Shown: positions 17,550 through 28,471, counted from the first letter of the stretch. The stretch: DNA of 64,000 nucleotides from Arenicellales bacterium (GCA_965200425.1 CBDAUA010000001.1:194215-258214), one strand, 5' to 3'. The notes: generated by a model from the sequence alone, not told the origin. Translations and numbers: made by a program.

Positions 17550-18554
17550 ATGAATGAACTGGTATTTTTTATCAACAAAGTCCTGATCTCGGGAACTGTA
17601 ATCGGTTGTATCTATGCTTTGGGGGCAATCGGAGTCACTTTGGTGTTTGGCATCCTACGTTTTGCACATTTTGCACACGCGGACCTTATGACTGTTGGAG
17701 CGTTTGTCGCACTAATTTTATCGGTTTTGATGTCGAATCTTGGACCAGCCGTGGGACTACCAACCGCATTTGTTATCCTTCCACTGGTAGCGATATTCAT
17801 CGCTTTTTTTGCGATAGGCCTGGATCGTATGTTTTACCGTCCGTTGCGCCAAAAAAATGTCCGTCCAATCATTTTGCTTGTCGCCTCTTTAGGGGTGACA
17901 CTGATGCTACAAGGTATTGTTCGATTGTTTGCAGGGACTTCACCACGAAATTTCTTTGATGAATACCCCAAAGATATTTTTCGCATTGAATTGCCCTTTG
18001 AGTTTGTAACTCGAAAGATTGTGATTTCTGAACCACAGATTTTGCTGGTTGCAACAACAATAATTTGCGTCTACTGTCTTCACATATTTCTGACTCGCAC
18101 CCGTCTTGGAAAAGCAATGCGAGCGATGTCCGATAACGCAGAGTTAGCACGAATATCAGGCATCAATACCGATAAAGTCGTCAATGTAACCTGGGGCATT
18201 GCGGGTGCGCTCGCGGCTGCTGGTGGAATACTACTTGCATTAGACGTAGTACTCAAACCCGACCTTAGCTTTAATTTGCTGTTACCAATTTTTGCCGCTG
18301 CAATTGTCGGTGGCATTGGACGACCTTATGGAGCTATTGCGGGTGGACTACTCGTTGGCTTTTCTGAATCTTTAGCCATATTTAACTGGTCAATTTTATT
18401 TCGTCCCTTTACTGACTATTTCCCAGCTTGGTTTGAACTGCCATCACGGCTAGCATTCGTGCCTACGGAGTACAAAATTGTCGTTCCGTTTGTGATTTTA
18501 ATCGCGGTACTGATTTGGCGACCTACTGGAATCTTTCGCGGACAAGTTTTGTAA
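17550..18554 (+). CDS. livH: Branched-chain amino acid-type ABC transporter permease
   Basis: 334 aa, multi-TM LivH-like protein (GAIGVTLVFGILRFAHFAH; MRAMSDNAELARISGIN). Confidence 0.8.
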   Translation: MNELVFFINKVLISGTVIGCIYALGAIGVTLVFGILRFAHFAHADLMTVGAFVALILSVLMSNLGPAVGLPTAFVILPLVAIFIAFFAIGLDRMFYRPLRQKNVRPIILLVASLGVTLMLQGIVRLFAGTSPRNFFDEYPKDIFRIELPFEFVTRKIVISEPQILLVATTIICVYCLHIFLTRTRLGKAMRAMSDNAELARISGINTDKVVNVTWGIAGALAAAGGILLALDVVLKPDLSFNLLLPIFAAAIVGGIGRPYGAIAGGLLVGFSESLAIFNWSILFRPFTDYFPAWFELPSRLAFVPTEYKIVVPFVILIAVLIWRPTGIFRGQVL

Positions 18555-18560
18555 AACAAA

Positions 18561-19835
18561 ATGAATATGATGCTGAACTACAAAAGAGAGCTTACTCTGT
18601 TTTCGGCTGCTGCACTTGTAATCGCGCTGATTTTCCTGAGCTTTGGTGGAGCCTACACGACACGATTGTTAGTGGAAATCGCCTGCTACGTTATTCTCGC
18701 CTTGGGTTTGACGATTCAATGGGGATATGCAGGTTTATTCAATGCAGGTGTGATGGGCTTTATTGCAGTTGGAGGATTTATTGCGATGCTCATCAGTTTT
18801 CCTGTCAATGATGCATTTTGGAATTCTGAAGGTCCAAGGGCTCTAGGCTTTTTTGCTATTCAAATTCTGATGATCACTCTGGTTTTAGTAGGAATTAGCC
18901 AGCTTCATCGTTTTGGAGTCAGCCGGAAATTTACGACTATTTTCCTGATCGTAGGGATAGTCTTGGCATTCTTCTTTTTCAATTCTACACTGACACCTGT
19001 TGCTCGTCTAATTGAAAAAGAAGCAGATTTCATCGGTGGATTCGGTTTGCCAGTATTGCTGGCTTGGGTGATAGGTGGAATTGTCGCGGCATTTGTAGCC
19101 TACGGTATCGGAAAAGCGTGTCTCGGTTTGAGAAGCGATTACCTAGCCATCGCTACACTCGGCGTTGCAGAAATCATTAAAGCCATTTTGAAGAATGCTG
19201 ACTGGTTATCACGAGGTACACTGACTGTTTCCCCTCTACCCTGGCCAGTTCCAACTCCGTCCGAGCTGGGATTTGTTGCAGCAAGGGGAACGTACTTAGT
19301 ATTGCTTCTTGTGATTATTGCGGTGATCTTTGTGTTGTTGCAGCGAGCCTATCGTGCACCATGGGGTAGAATGATGCGAGCGATTCGAGATAATGATGTT
19401 GCTGCCGCGGCAATGGGCAAAGACATAAAATTTCGACGGCTTCAAATATTCGTACTTGGATCAGGTCTAATCGGATTGGGCGGTGCAGCTTTGGTCTCTT
19501 TCAATCGAATTTTCGACCCTTCAGGATTCACTCCACTTCACCATACCTTCATTGTCTGGGTGATGGTATTGGTTGGTGGAGCAGGAAATAATTTAGGAGC
19601 AATCTTTGGTGCCATTGCAATTTATGTCATCTGGATTATGTCAGAACCTATCACGCTTTATATTTTTGAGCTAGGAAGTCAATACGGTGCTCTTTGGTTC
19701 GGATGGGAGATCCCACCAGATTTGACAACTCGTGCTTTACAGTTCCGCGTTTTCATAATTGGGCTCACCATCACATTGGGGCTTCGTTATATTCCGCGCG
19801 GAATGATTCCAGAACGAGTCGGAAGAGTAAGCTAA
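18561..19835 (+). CDS. livM: Branched-chain amino acid-type ABC transporter permease
   Basis: 424 aa, multi-TM LivM-like protein (GYAGLFNAGVMGF; MRAIRDNDVAAAAMG). Confidence 0.8.
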   Translation: MNMMLNYKRELTLFSAAALVIALIFLSFGGAYTTRLLVEIACYVILALGLTIQWGYAGLFNAGVMGFIAVGGFIAMLISFPVNDAFWNSEGPRALGFFAIQILMITLVLVGISQLHRFGVSRKFTTIFLIVGIVLAFFFFNSTLTPVARLIEKEADFIGGFGLPVLLAWVIGGIVAAFVAYGIGKACLGLRSDYLAIATLGVAEIIKAILKNADWLSRGTLTVSPLPWPVPTPSELGFVAARGTYLVLLLVIIAVIFVLLQRAYRAPWGRMMRAIRDNDVAAAAMGKDIKFRRLQIFVLGSGLIGLGGAALVSFNRIFDPSGFTPLHHTFIVWVMVLVGGAGNNLGAIFGAIAIYVIWIMSEPITLYIFELGSQYGALWFGWEIPPDLTTRALQFRVFIIGLTITLGLRYIPRGMIPERVGRVS

Positions 19836-20485
19836 CCACTTTGTCCGAGAGACGTTTGAAACAAAGAACCGAGTCGAGCGACTTCCGGGCATCAGATTCT
19901 TATATTTTTACGAATTAAAAATAACAATACTTCATAGACTAAACCTTAAGAATTCAGAAACAAGTTTCAAGCTTGAATTCAAAAGTTCTGGAGTATTGAG
20001 CCTCGCTGAAATCACACTCGAAAGTTTCTTAAGGTCACGCCCAAAATGAAATTGCTGCAGCAGATAAACTACTGTTTATCGGACAAGAGTGCCGGCGCAA
20101 GAAAAGCTCTCTCAACTAGCACTTGACGAAAAAGGTGTTCTTTGTTTTGCCGTATACCGAAAGTTACTTTCGTGTATCTGTATCTCACAGAAACCGGCAT
20201 GATTACTAAGGCTAGCTCCATCTCACAAGAAACAGCAGAAGTGATTGACAAGATTTATGGGAATAATTTGAAGGAATTTGAGTAGAGTAGGCAAATTGGA
20301 ATGTAATCACTGTCTGCTACAAGTGTTTCGTATGCATCATGCACTCAGAAGTTCACATTCTCAGGTGGGTTAAACTGATTTTGTGTAATTCAGGACCAGA
20401 CCGATTATCTAAGCCGACAAACTACAGGAATAAGAAGGCAATATTTGTAGAGAAATTGGATGCTCTTCGTCGGAATAAGTGCCCA

Positions 20486-20522
20486 AAAAGAAAAAGGTGG
20501 CACCTTGGTGCCGCCTTTTTCC
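20486..20522. terminator. Bidirectional rho-independent terminator
   Basis: Stem GGTGGCAC / GTGCCGCC (8 bp with one G-T wobble) and loop CTTG, flanked by an A-run on the left and a T-run on the right. It lies 22 nt beyond the stop of the minus-strand binding-protein gene. Confidence 0.7.
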
Positions 20523-20543
20523 ATTGGATTTGAAAAATCTACT

Positions 20544-21764
20544 TTACATGATCGGGCCGACTTCGACAATTTTTCCACCTTCAACCTTCGACTCAATGAT
20601 TAATCCGTCTACATCACCATTTTCATCAAAATCGTGACTACCCGATGCACCTTCATAATTAATGTCCTGTCCCTCTGAGAGTGCGGCAACAGCCTTTTTC
20701 CATTCACCAGGATAAATTTCAATACCCGGAGGACTAGAAACAGCTCTCAAGGCAGCCGAAAGGCCTTCACGTGTACTGCTTCCTTTTTGCTGCATCGCTA
20801 GAGCTAACAAATAAACTGCATCATAGGAATTCGGAACAAATATAGTTTCTTCGCTGTCCCACAAGGCTTCGAATGCATCTTTTCCTTGACCTTCCATAGA
20901 TCCGGGCCCGGTCAAAATCATCCCTTCAAGCGCTTCAGCTCCAATTGCATCGACCATCGACTGCTCAGGCATTCCATCACCCCCGGCAAATTTCGTGAAA
21001 TCCCCACTTTCAATTGCTTGTCGAATAATGGTTTGACCGGAGCCATCTGCATACGCAAGGACTACCAGCATTTCCGCACCGGACGAAGCAAGTGAACCGA
21101 TCTCCGCTCGATAATCGGCCTTTCCTTCTTCGTGGGCCTCATTTGCTGAAACCGTACCACCCATACTTTCAAATGCATCGGATAATGCTTCGGCAAAGCC
21201 CTTACCATAGTCATTGTTGACATAGGTGATTGCTATATTTTGAACACCCTTGTTCATGAGTAATTTAGCCATGGACTGTCCCTGAAACGCATCAGATGGA
21301 ACTGTTCTAAAAACGAGATCATTGTCATTCATGCCTGAAATAGCTGGACTTGTTGATGCAGGAGACACCATCACAACACCTGCTGGAATTGCGACGTTAT
21401 TAGCTGCAGCGATAGTTGATCCAGAGCAAAGTGCACCGACAATAGCAACGACTTGATCTGAGTTGACTAACCGGTCAGCACCGTTAGAAGCAATTGTAGC
21501 GTCCGTGCAAGTAGTATCTGCTTCGACAATTTCGATTTTCGCACCCATTACTCCGCCATTCACGTTTATTTCTACCGCAGCGGTTTGAGCAGCCAAAAAT
21601 ATACCTGGTGTAAAAGATTCAATTGGACCAGTGAATCCCCCAAGAAATCCCACCTTGACAGATTCTGCACTAAGTGCAAACGGTACAAATGGTATACAGG
21701 CTGTGACACCGAATAAACTAAACACAAGTGCGATAGATGTTTTGCTAATTTTCTTTAATTGCAT
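20544..21764 (-). CDS. Type I periplasmic binding protein, Leu/Ile/Val-binding (LivK/LivJ-like) family
   Basis: 406 aa with a signal peptide. Segments VKVGFLGGFTGPI, VVAIVGALCSGST and YVNNDYGKG are typical of the family. Convergent with livGFHM. Confidence 0.8.
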   Translation of the reverse strand: MQLKKISKTSIALVFSLFGVTACIPFVPFALSAESVKVGFLGGFTGPIESFTPGIFLAAQTAAVEINVNGGVMGAKIEIVEADTTCTDATIASNGADRLVNSDQVVAIVGALCSGSTIAAANNVAIPAGVVMVSPASTSPAISGMNDNDLVFRTVPSDAFQGQSMAKLLMNKGVQNIAITYVNNDYGKGFAEALSDAFESMGGTVSANEAHEEGKADYRAEIGSLASSGAEMLVVLAYADGSGQTIIRQAIESGDFTKFAGGDGMPEQSMVDAIGAEALEGMILTGPGSMEGQGKDAFEALWDSEETIFVPNSYDAVYLLALAMQQKGSSTREGLSAALRAVSSPPGIEIYPGEWKKAVAALSEGQDINYEGASGSHDFDENGDVDGLIIESKVEGGKIVEVGPIM

Positions 21765-21967
21765 GTATCGACCTCCTAATTATGAGAATCTAAACAAATC
21801 TTTGGCTATCCGAACTATGAAACAACGAGTTAAGGGCTTCGGTTCGGACAGTCATAATGTTCCGGACAAAAAATTTTTATTAGGTTGATTATAAATGCAG
21901 ATAGTTAGAAAACTAATCCTAACTTTTGGCTACACTGATTCAAAGAAGAAGTTCTAAAGGAGTTGAT

Positions 21968-22792
21968 TTATGTGTACTGTTTAAATTGTGCTTCTCGCCA
22001 ACGGATTGCGCCTGTCAAGCCTTCTTCCCGAGCTTTCTTGATAAATCTCTGATAACTGACTGTTTCAGACGATTCGACAACTGCACCATTGTCAATTCCA
22101 TACTGAATGGACTGTCGAAATCCTGCATTTTCCGCGGTAAAGTTCATACAGGTTTTCATCATCTGTACCGCTTCAGGATCTATCGCAGCAACCGTACGCG
22201 CATAACGCATGGTTTCTTCTTCCAATTCATCGTCTGGAAAAACTCGATTGATTAAACCGATACGAAGTGCCTCTTCTGCATCGATTATGTTGCCAGAATA
22301 CAGCAGTTCCCGAGCATGACGTAGTCCTACAACCCAAGGCATGACAGTTGCGGGTGGCACAGCAGAAAATCGAATTTCTGGTTCTCCGAATTTCGCCGTA
22401 TTTGATGCATAACTGATACAGCACATCATTGCAAGTTCACAACTTCCGGCCAAACAGTATCCGCGTATCATAGCGATGACCGGCTTGGAAAACTTCCACG
22501 GATTCATTTCGAACTCGACGCATTCCGCCAACATTCGGCGCACACCCAATGGATTTTTTGAGCCATACAAATTTCGCCAATCCACAGTCAAGTCATAACC
22601 AGCACCAAAATGATCACCCACCCCACTTAGAACGACGACATGTGTTTCTGAATCAGTTTCTGCTTCTCGAAACGCGTTCGAGAGTTGCGCCATCAGTTCA
22701 AGGCTGATGGCGTTGCGTACTTTCGGCCGATTAATCCGAAAATGTGTAACTTTCTCGCTGGATTCAACAAGGATGATCTCTTTAGAACTCAT
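21968..22792 (-). CDS. Enoyl-CoA hydratase/isomerase (crotonase) family protein
   Basis: 274 aa. RINRPKVRNAIS and GVGDHFGAGYDL (oxyanion-hole region). Confidence 0.8.
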   Translation of the reverse strand: MSSKEIILVESSEKVTHFRINRPKVRNAISLELMAQLSNAFREAETDSETHVVVLSGVGDHFGAGYDLTVDWRNLYGSKNPLGVRRMLAECVEFEMNPWKFSKPVIAMIRGYCLAGSCELAMMCCISYASNTAKFGEPEIRFSAVPPATVMPWVVGLRHARELLYSGNIIDAEEALRIGLINRVFPDDELEEETMRYARTVAAIDPEAVQMMKTCMNFTAENAGFRQSIQYGIDNGAVVESSETVSYQRFIKKAREEGLTGAIRWREAQFKQYT

Positions 22793-22796
22793 GAAA

Positions 22797-23948
22797 TTAG
22801 TGCAATCGATTCAGTAGCTTGTCGAGAAATTCTTCACATTTTTGCACTTGAGCAACTTCGATGAATTCGTTTGGTTTGTGAGCTTGTGCGATATTTCCAG
22901 GTCCACAAACAACGGAAGGGATTCCAATTTCTTCGAATAAGCCTCCTTCTGTTCCAAAACTGACACAATTGGTGCCGACAGTCTCCGATAGTTCCTGAGT
23001 CAACCGAATGAGATTTCGATCACTTGTCGATAAATCTGGAATGATGGACTGTACTTCCCATTCGATCTTTGCATTCGGGTAAGTTGCTCTCATTTCCGGT
23101 AGAATTGAATTATCGATCAAATGTTGAACTTGATCCCACACCAAATTCGAATCATAACCCGGCAAATTTCGAATCTCGGCCTCAAACTCACAGAATTTTG
23201 GAACAATATTCAGTGCCGTACCACCAGAAATGGTCCCCGTATGCACGGTGGTATAGGGAGGATCAAATTCGTAGTCGAACGGACCTTCGTCGCGAAACTT
23301 GCGCGCCTTATTTTTTAAAAAAGCAACGATCTCAGCAGCTGCTTCAACGGCATTTACACCGAGATGAGCCATCCCTGAATGCGACTCGAGTCCGTGAACA
23401 GTGCATCGCTTAGAAGTTTTTCCCTTATGAGCTCGAACAACTTCCATATTCGTTGGTTCACCGATGACGCAACTTTTGGGTTTATGCGGCCTATTTTCGA
23501 GTTCTCGCAGCAAGGTTCGCACCCCGACGCAACCAATTTCTTCGTCGTAAGAAAATGCAAAATGAATGGGGGTTTCCAAATTTCGCTCTATGATCTGCGG
23601 CAGTTTAGACAAGCATACTGCGATAAAGCTTTTCATATCCGACGTACCACGCCCATACAGCCGATTGTCTTTTCGACTGAGCCCATATGGGTCTGTATTC
23701 CACTTTTGGCCATCGACTGGTACTACATCAGTATGTCCGGACAGTGCCACTCCACCAACATCGTTTGCACCGATTGTTGCAAACAGATTGGCCTTTCGTC
23801 GATCTGCATCGAACACAAGCTCGGATGAAATTCCGTAGTCTTCCAAGTATCCCTTGATGAACTCGATTAGTTCTAAATTAGAATTTCTACTGGTTGTATC
23901 AAAAGCAACCAAATCTTGAATTAATGCAATACTATCTTTTGTTTCCAT
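22797..23948 (-). CDS. argE: Acetylornithine deacetylase-like M20 metallopeptidase
   Basis: 383 aa. GHTDVVP, GRGTSDMK, DEE and GEPT...VRAHKG align along the full length with my recollection of E. coli ArgE, which I recall as being of similar length. Confidence 0.7.
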   Translation of the reverse strand: METKDSIALIQDLVAFDTTSRNSNLELIEFIKGYLEDYGISSELVFDADRRKANLFATIGANDVGGVALSGHTDVVPVDGQKWNTDPYGLSRKDNRLYGRGTSDMKSFIAVCLSKLPQIIERNLETPIHFAFSYDEEIGCVGVRTLLRELENRPHKPKSCVIGEPTNMEVVRAHKGKTSKRCTVHGLESHSGMAHLGVNAVEAAAEIVAFLKNKARKFRDEGPFDYEFDPPYTTVHTGTISGGTALNIVPKFCEFEAEIRNLPGYDSNLVWDQVQHLIDNSILPEMRATYPNAKIEWEVQSIIPDLSTSDRNLIRLTQELSETVGTNCVSFGTEGGLFEEIGIPSVVCGPGNIAQAHKPNEFIEVAQVQKCEEFLDKLLNRLH

Positions 23949-24064
23949 GGATTATTGTTTGTAGAAATGTTACGCTGAATATAATCTTACCACTTAAGTA
24001 CACAAGTACTGGTACTTACTGATTAAACCTTTTCAATTAGAGCTTTTTCGCTACCTCTGTTTCG

Positions 24065-25084
24065 ATGCCACACTCTGAAACGAACAGAACATTAAACGTG
24101 ATGCTAATGTTAGCCGCATTTATCATTATTGTAGCTGGTATGAAAGTCGCAAGCCCTATTCTTGTCCCGATTCTATTGTCAGTGTTTTTAGCGATCATCA
24201 GCGCACCACCACTGCTTTGGCTGGAACGTAAGGGTCTACCAAGAATTATTGCACTTTTAATTGTGCTAAGCGCTGTTATCGGAATCGGCATACTGCTCGT
24301 TTCTTTAATTGGTACGTCAGTCCAAGAATTTCAGATACGACTCCCAGTTTACTCGGAGAAGCTAGAACAACTTTTCGTTAAGATCAATGAACTTGCTGCC
24401 TTGTTGGGGTTTACTCTCGAAAACACGCGTCTTCTCAATATTATCAATGCTGAAACCATCACAAGACTACTTGCTCTGGCTTCAAATGAAATCGGACGCT
24501 TGATTGCCAACATCTACTTGGTTTTTTTGACAGTCATCTTCATACTGCTCGAGGTTTCTACTCTACCTCGAAAATTCAAAAAAATCTTTTCTGAATCACC
24601 AAAATCGGTTCAACAGTTATCCGACTTCAAACACAGATTACAGCGATATCTCGTGATTAAAACGGGAATCAGCCTTGTAACGGCCGTTTTAGTCTGGCTG
24701 CTGTTAACTGTATTAGGCGTAGACTTTCCAATTCTATGGGCAATACTTGCTTTTTTTCTCAATTTTGTACCCAACATTGGATCAATAATTTCAGCGATAC
24801 CGGCAGTTGTAATTGCTTATTTGCAATTGGACGGGATTACAGCATTGTGGGTGGTTTTAGGTTATGCTGTTATCAACGTTTTGATGGGATCTGTCATTGA
24901 ACCCAGGGTCGCAGGCCGTAACCTTGGATTGTCACCTTTGATTGTATTTTTATCTTTTTTGTTTTGGGGATGGGTGCTTGGCCCGATTGGAATGTTTTTG
25001 TCTGTACCATTTACAATGATGGTGCAATTGGTGGCGCAAAGCAGTGATCATTTACGCTGGCTAGCCATTCTTTTGAGTGATTAG
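24065..25084 (+). CDS. AI-2E family transporter (PerM/UPF0118)
   Basis: 339 aa, about 7-8 TM segments, characteristic FLNFVPNIGSIISAIPAV segment. Confidence 0.8.
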   Translation: MPHSETNRTLNVMLMLAAFIIIVAGMKVASPILVPILLSVFLAIISAPPLLWLERKGLPRIIALLIVLSAVIGIGILLVSLIGTSVQEFQIRLPVYSEKLEQLFVKINELAALLGFTLENTRLLNIINAETITRLLALASNEIGRLIANIYLVFLTVIFILLEVSTLPRKFKKIFSESPKSVQQLSDFKHRLQRYLVIKTGISLVTAVLVWLLLTVLGVDFPILWAILAFFLNFVPNIGSIISAIPAVVIAYLQLDGITALWVVLGYAVINVLMGSVIEPRVAGRNLGLSPLIVFLSFLFWGWVLGPIGMFLSVPFTMMVQLVAQSSDHLRWLAILLSD

Positions 25085-25149
25085 GTGAATATCCAATCAT
25101 TCTGAAGAACTGAACGATTTCATTTAAATACAACTTATTGTCCTTACAG

Positions 25150-27201
25150 ATGCAAGACCCGCTCGCACCCAAAGTTCCGCACACTCACGAACATCATGGT
25201 GACAGAAGACACGACGATTATTTTTGGCTAAATGATCACAATGACCCGAAAGTCATTGAGTATCTAGACGCAGAAAATCAGTACGCGGCAAAAGCTCTAA
25301 ATCCTCTCACGGGATTACAAGAAGAAATTTATTTGGAAATGCAGAGCCGTATTGTGGATACAGATACAACGGCCCCTATAAAGGATGGTCAGTTCGAGTA
25401 CTACTCTAGAATTCTCAAAGGGCAAAGTTATTACGCACACTACCGGCGAAAACCAAATGATCAAGAATCGGAAGAATTGTTGATTGACGAGAATGTTCTT
25501 GCCAAGAATGAAGACTATTTTCGCTTGAACTCTCTTGATGTTTGCCCAAATGACAAAATTCTTGCTTTTGCCACTGACACCAAAGGGGACGGCCGTTGCA
25601 CAATACGATTTGTAGATGTACAAACTCGGGAATCGCTCAAAGATGAAATCTCTGACGCTTCTGGGAACATTGTGTGGAGCAATTGCGCACAGTATCTTTA
25701 CTATTCCACTTTGAACAAAACTAATCGACCATCTCGCTTTTACCGACACCGATTGGGAGAAGATACCAAAAACGACCAACTAATCTTCGAAGAATTGGAT
25801 GAATCGTTTTACATGCATATTTCTAAATCGACGAGTAAAAAATACATTATTGTCACTTTAGAAAATCAAATCAGTACAGAAGTCTATTTGCTCGATGCCG
25901 AACGCGATCACGGAGAACTGAAGATCGTCTTTGAAAGAGTACCTGATATTCGTTACTACGTAGAAAATAGGGGAGACAACCTCTATGTGCTAACTAATGA
26001 AGCAGCCGTTAATTTTCGGCTCATGCGCACCTCTACTTCTACTCCCGAAAGAGTCGACTGGGAAACTGTAATTGATCATTCGGAGGATGTAACCTTAACG
26101 GATTTTCAAGTTTTTCGAGACTTTATTGCGGTTTCTGAAAGATATGAAGGACTGCCAACTGTTCGAATAATTTCAACCAATGGTGACGAATACAAAGTAG
26201 AAAAACCGCCGAACATTCAAGAATTGCATGTTAGTACTAATTATGAGTTTGACACTCAATTGTGTCGACTCCACGGGAGCTCTTTAAGTTCACCTCGCTC
26301 ATGGTTTGATTTGACTATGGCTAATGGGAAAGTTGAACTGATCAAAGTCGCGGAGGTTGGTGGTGGTTATGATTCAACACAATACAAAACGGAACATCAT
26401 CTAGTAGAGTCGCACGATGGGATCCGCGTTCCAATCTACCTCGTTTATAAAAAGGATGCGGTTTTGCAACGGCCAGCACCGTTATTGTTATATGCCTATG
26501 GGTCCTATGGGATTAGCTATCCGCTTCATTTTTCCGCTCATCGCCTTAGCTTGTTGAATCGAGGGGTGATTTTCGCTATCGCTCATATTCGAGGCGGCGG
26601 TGAACTAGGAGAAAATTGGTACCAAAGTGGAAAATTGAAGAAGAAAAAAAACACGTTCTTGGATTTTAACGCCTGTGCTGATTTTCTGATTAATGAGCGA
26701 ATAACGCAAGCTAGCCAGCTCGCAATCATGGGTGGAAGTGCTGGTGGATTGTTTGTTGGCTATTACCTAAACTCAAAACCTGGTGGATGTAAAGCGGCTG
26801 TAGCACTCGTCCCGTTTGTAGATGTTTTGACGACAATATTGGACGACGATTTACCACTTTCAGTCATAGAAAGAGATGAATGGGGCAACCCTAATAATCC
26901 CGACTTATACCAGTACATTAAATCGTACTCTCCGTACGACAATGTGCGGGTCCAGGATTACCCTGCGTTATTTATTACCGCAGGTTTTCATGATCCGAAA
27001 GTAGGCTACTGGGAACCCGCAAAATGGGCAGCTAAAATCCGATCATGCAGAACAGATTCAAATTTGTTGGTATTGAAAACGGAGATGAAATCCGGTCATA
27101 GTGGGAAATCGGGCCGCTACGAAGCGATGATAGACACTGCTCTTGAGTACTCTTTTGTCGTAGATCAACTTATCAATCAAAGTAGGCTTCATAGTCAATG
27201 A
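25150..27201 (+). CDS. ptrB: Oligopeptidase B (protease II), S9A prolyl oligopeptidase family
   Basis: ATG at 25150 preferred over the in-frame TTG at 25138. N-terminal DDYFWLND, beta-propeller region, catalytic Ser in GGSAGG, and a C-terminal GHSG segment. Confidence 0.85.
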   Translation: MQDPLAPKVPHTHEHHGDRRHDDYFWLNDHNDPKVIEYLDAENQYAAKALNPLTGLQEEIYLEMQSRIVDTDTTAPIKDGQFEYYSRILKGQSYYAHYRRKPNDQESEELLIDENVLAKNEDYFRLNSLDVCPNDKILAFATDTKGDGRCTIRFVDVQTRESLKDEISDASGNIVWSNCAQYLYYSTLNKTNRPSRFYRHRLGEDTKNDQLIFEELDESFYMHISKSTSKKYIIVTLENQISTEVYLLDAERDHGELKIVFERVPDIRYYVENRGDNLYVLTNEAAVNFRLMRTSTSTPERVDWETVIDHSEDVTLTDFQVFRDFIAVSERYEGLPTVRIISTNGDEYKVEKPPNIQELHVSTNYEFDTQLCRLHGSSLSSPRSWFDLTMANGKVELIKVAEVGGGYDSTQYKTEHHLVESHDGIRVPIYLVYKKDAVLQRPAPLLLYAYGSYGISYPLHFSAHRLSLLNRGVIFAIAHIRGGGELGENWYQSGKLKKKKNTFLDFNACADFLINERITQASQLAIMGGSAGGLFVGYYLNSKPGGCKAAVALVPFVDVLTTILDDDLPLSVIERDEWGNPNNPDLYQYIKSYSPYDNVRVQDYPALFITAGFHDPKVGYWEPAKWAAKIRSCRTDSNLLVLKTEMKSGHSGKSGRYEAMIDTALEYSFVVDQLINQSRLHSQ

Positions 27202-27304
27202 GTACAGCAAGTCCCAACTTCGTCAACGCAATTTGAGAGAATTTTTCTGCCGGAAATATATCAATGTCAAAATTAAAATTCTTTCTGACTGAAATCTTAG
27301 AAAG

Positions 27305-28471
27305 CTATTTCAGTACACGGCTAGTAAGGTAAACACCCTTTAAGAGCGTAGAACTGGTACTAGAAACACTAAATAAGCGCGGTCTTCCGGGCATAAATTC
27401 ATATACATCCAAATCTTGGATTGCAGCATACAGTCGATCGATTGCAGTCTTGACTAGGCTCGTGGATCTTGGGCCATTCAATTTGAGTCCACCGGCTACA
27501 ACAACCAAAAATGCATAACTAAGCAAAATATATTGTCGATAGATTCGCCAACATTCTTCGAAGGAAAAGTTATTCAGTTTTCCAGACTTGCAAAGAATGT
27601 CGTGATACTCCCTGACTAATTCTCGCTCAATCTTTCGCCTCAACTTAGTCGTAACATTGAAACTCAAAAAGTATGCGACATCCTGTAATCCACAACTAAA
27701 CGAAAGTCCTTGCCAGTCGATCACGTATAAATCATTGGAACCTTTCGCACAAAAGAACATATTGTCTAAACGATAGTCACCGTGTACTAAGGTCTTGGGA
27801 TTGGGGTCTAGAGTATTAATAAACTCAGACAGTCTCATCCCTAGTTGTTCAGTAAACTCAACCAATTCAGTCGAAAAGAAGACACCAAAGCGCTTAAATG
27901 CATTAGCAAGGTTTAGCATATAGAAGAATTGAAGAGAAACATTCGGTACCTTCCTCGTTTCGTGGAGTGGACTGAGTTGTGGCAAGTCGATTTTGTTCCA
28001 AAACATGCCATGAAATGCAGCAACAGTCTGAATCACTTTTCTCGCTTGCTCCTCACTCGCTCCTTCGATTTGATCAACTGAGCGCAAATGTCCTAAATCT
28101 TCCATCACAATGACAAAACTCTTAAGATCGTCGATTTGAGCAAATAGAAGAGCTGGTGTTTGAATTTGAACCGTTGGAGCAATATTCTGATAAAAGAAGC
28201 ACTCACGCTTGTACAGGTGTAGCCACTCACAAATTCGTACAGTTTTTGCGATCGAGCTTGGAGCTTTTACGATTACACTGTCGGAACTTAAGTCGGAATA
28301 CGTCAAATTACAACGATAATTCAATGCTGTGTACCCCATTTGTGAACCAATCTTTCTTGTGTTGGCTTCAATAAGAGCTAGGTCCTGTGGCAAACCGCCC
28401 GCCTCCAGAGCTTGCTGCATCCACTCGAGAGAAATATCTTTTTCTGATTTAGGAATCTTGAGCCGAACCAT
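27305..28471 (-). CDS. Phosphotransferase family protein (aminoglycoside/choline/ecdysteroid kinase-like fold)
   Basis: 388 aa. Brenner-type catalytic motif HGDYRLDNMFF followed by VIDWQG. Substrate unknown. Confidence 0.7.
   Translation of the reverse strand: MVRLKIPKSEKDISLEWMQQALEAGGLPQDLALIEANTRKIGSQMGYTALNYRCNLTYSDLSSDSVIVKAPSSIAKTVRICEWLHLYKRECFFYQNIAPTVQIQTPALLFAQIDDLKSFVIVMEDLGHLRSVDQIEGASEEQARKVIQTVAAFHGMFWNKIDLPQLSPLHETRKVPNVSLQFFYMLNLANAFKRFGVFFSTELVEFTEQLGMRLSEFINTLDPNPKTLVHGDYRLDNMFFCAKGSNDLYVIDWQGLSFSCGLQDVAYFLSFNVTTKLRRKIERELVREYHDILCKSGKLNNFSFEECWRIYRQYILLSYAFLVVVAGGLKLNGPRSTSLVKTAIDRLYAAIQDLDVYEFMPGRPRLFSVSSTSSTLLKGVYLTSRVLK

Noticed and set aside
17606-17959. 117-aa same-strand alternative-frame ORF within livH
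   Set aside because: It is fully nested in a permease gene. The translation is Cys/Arg-rich and not protein-like.
16054-21764. Possibility that the Liv-type system is a urea (UrtABCDE) transporter
   Set aside because: The gene order (G-F-H-M with a convergent SBP) does not follow the urtABCDE order. I also recognise no urease or urea-related genes in the window. Only the generic Liv-type call is kept.
23379-23828. 149-aa plus-strand ORF (and the 90-aa, 114-aa and 65-aa ORFs nearby) within the argE-like gene
   Set aside because: These are antisense shadow ORFs of a full-length M20 peptidase gene.
25315-25779. 154-aa minus-strand ORF inside ptrB (and the nested 62-aa ORF at 25415-25603)
   Set aside because: It is antisense to the oligopeptidase B gene, which has a clear family signature. 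There is no RBS or motif support.
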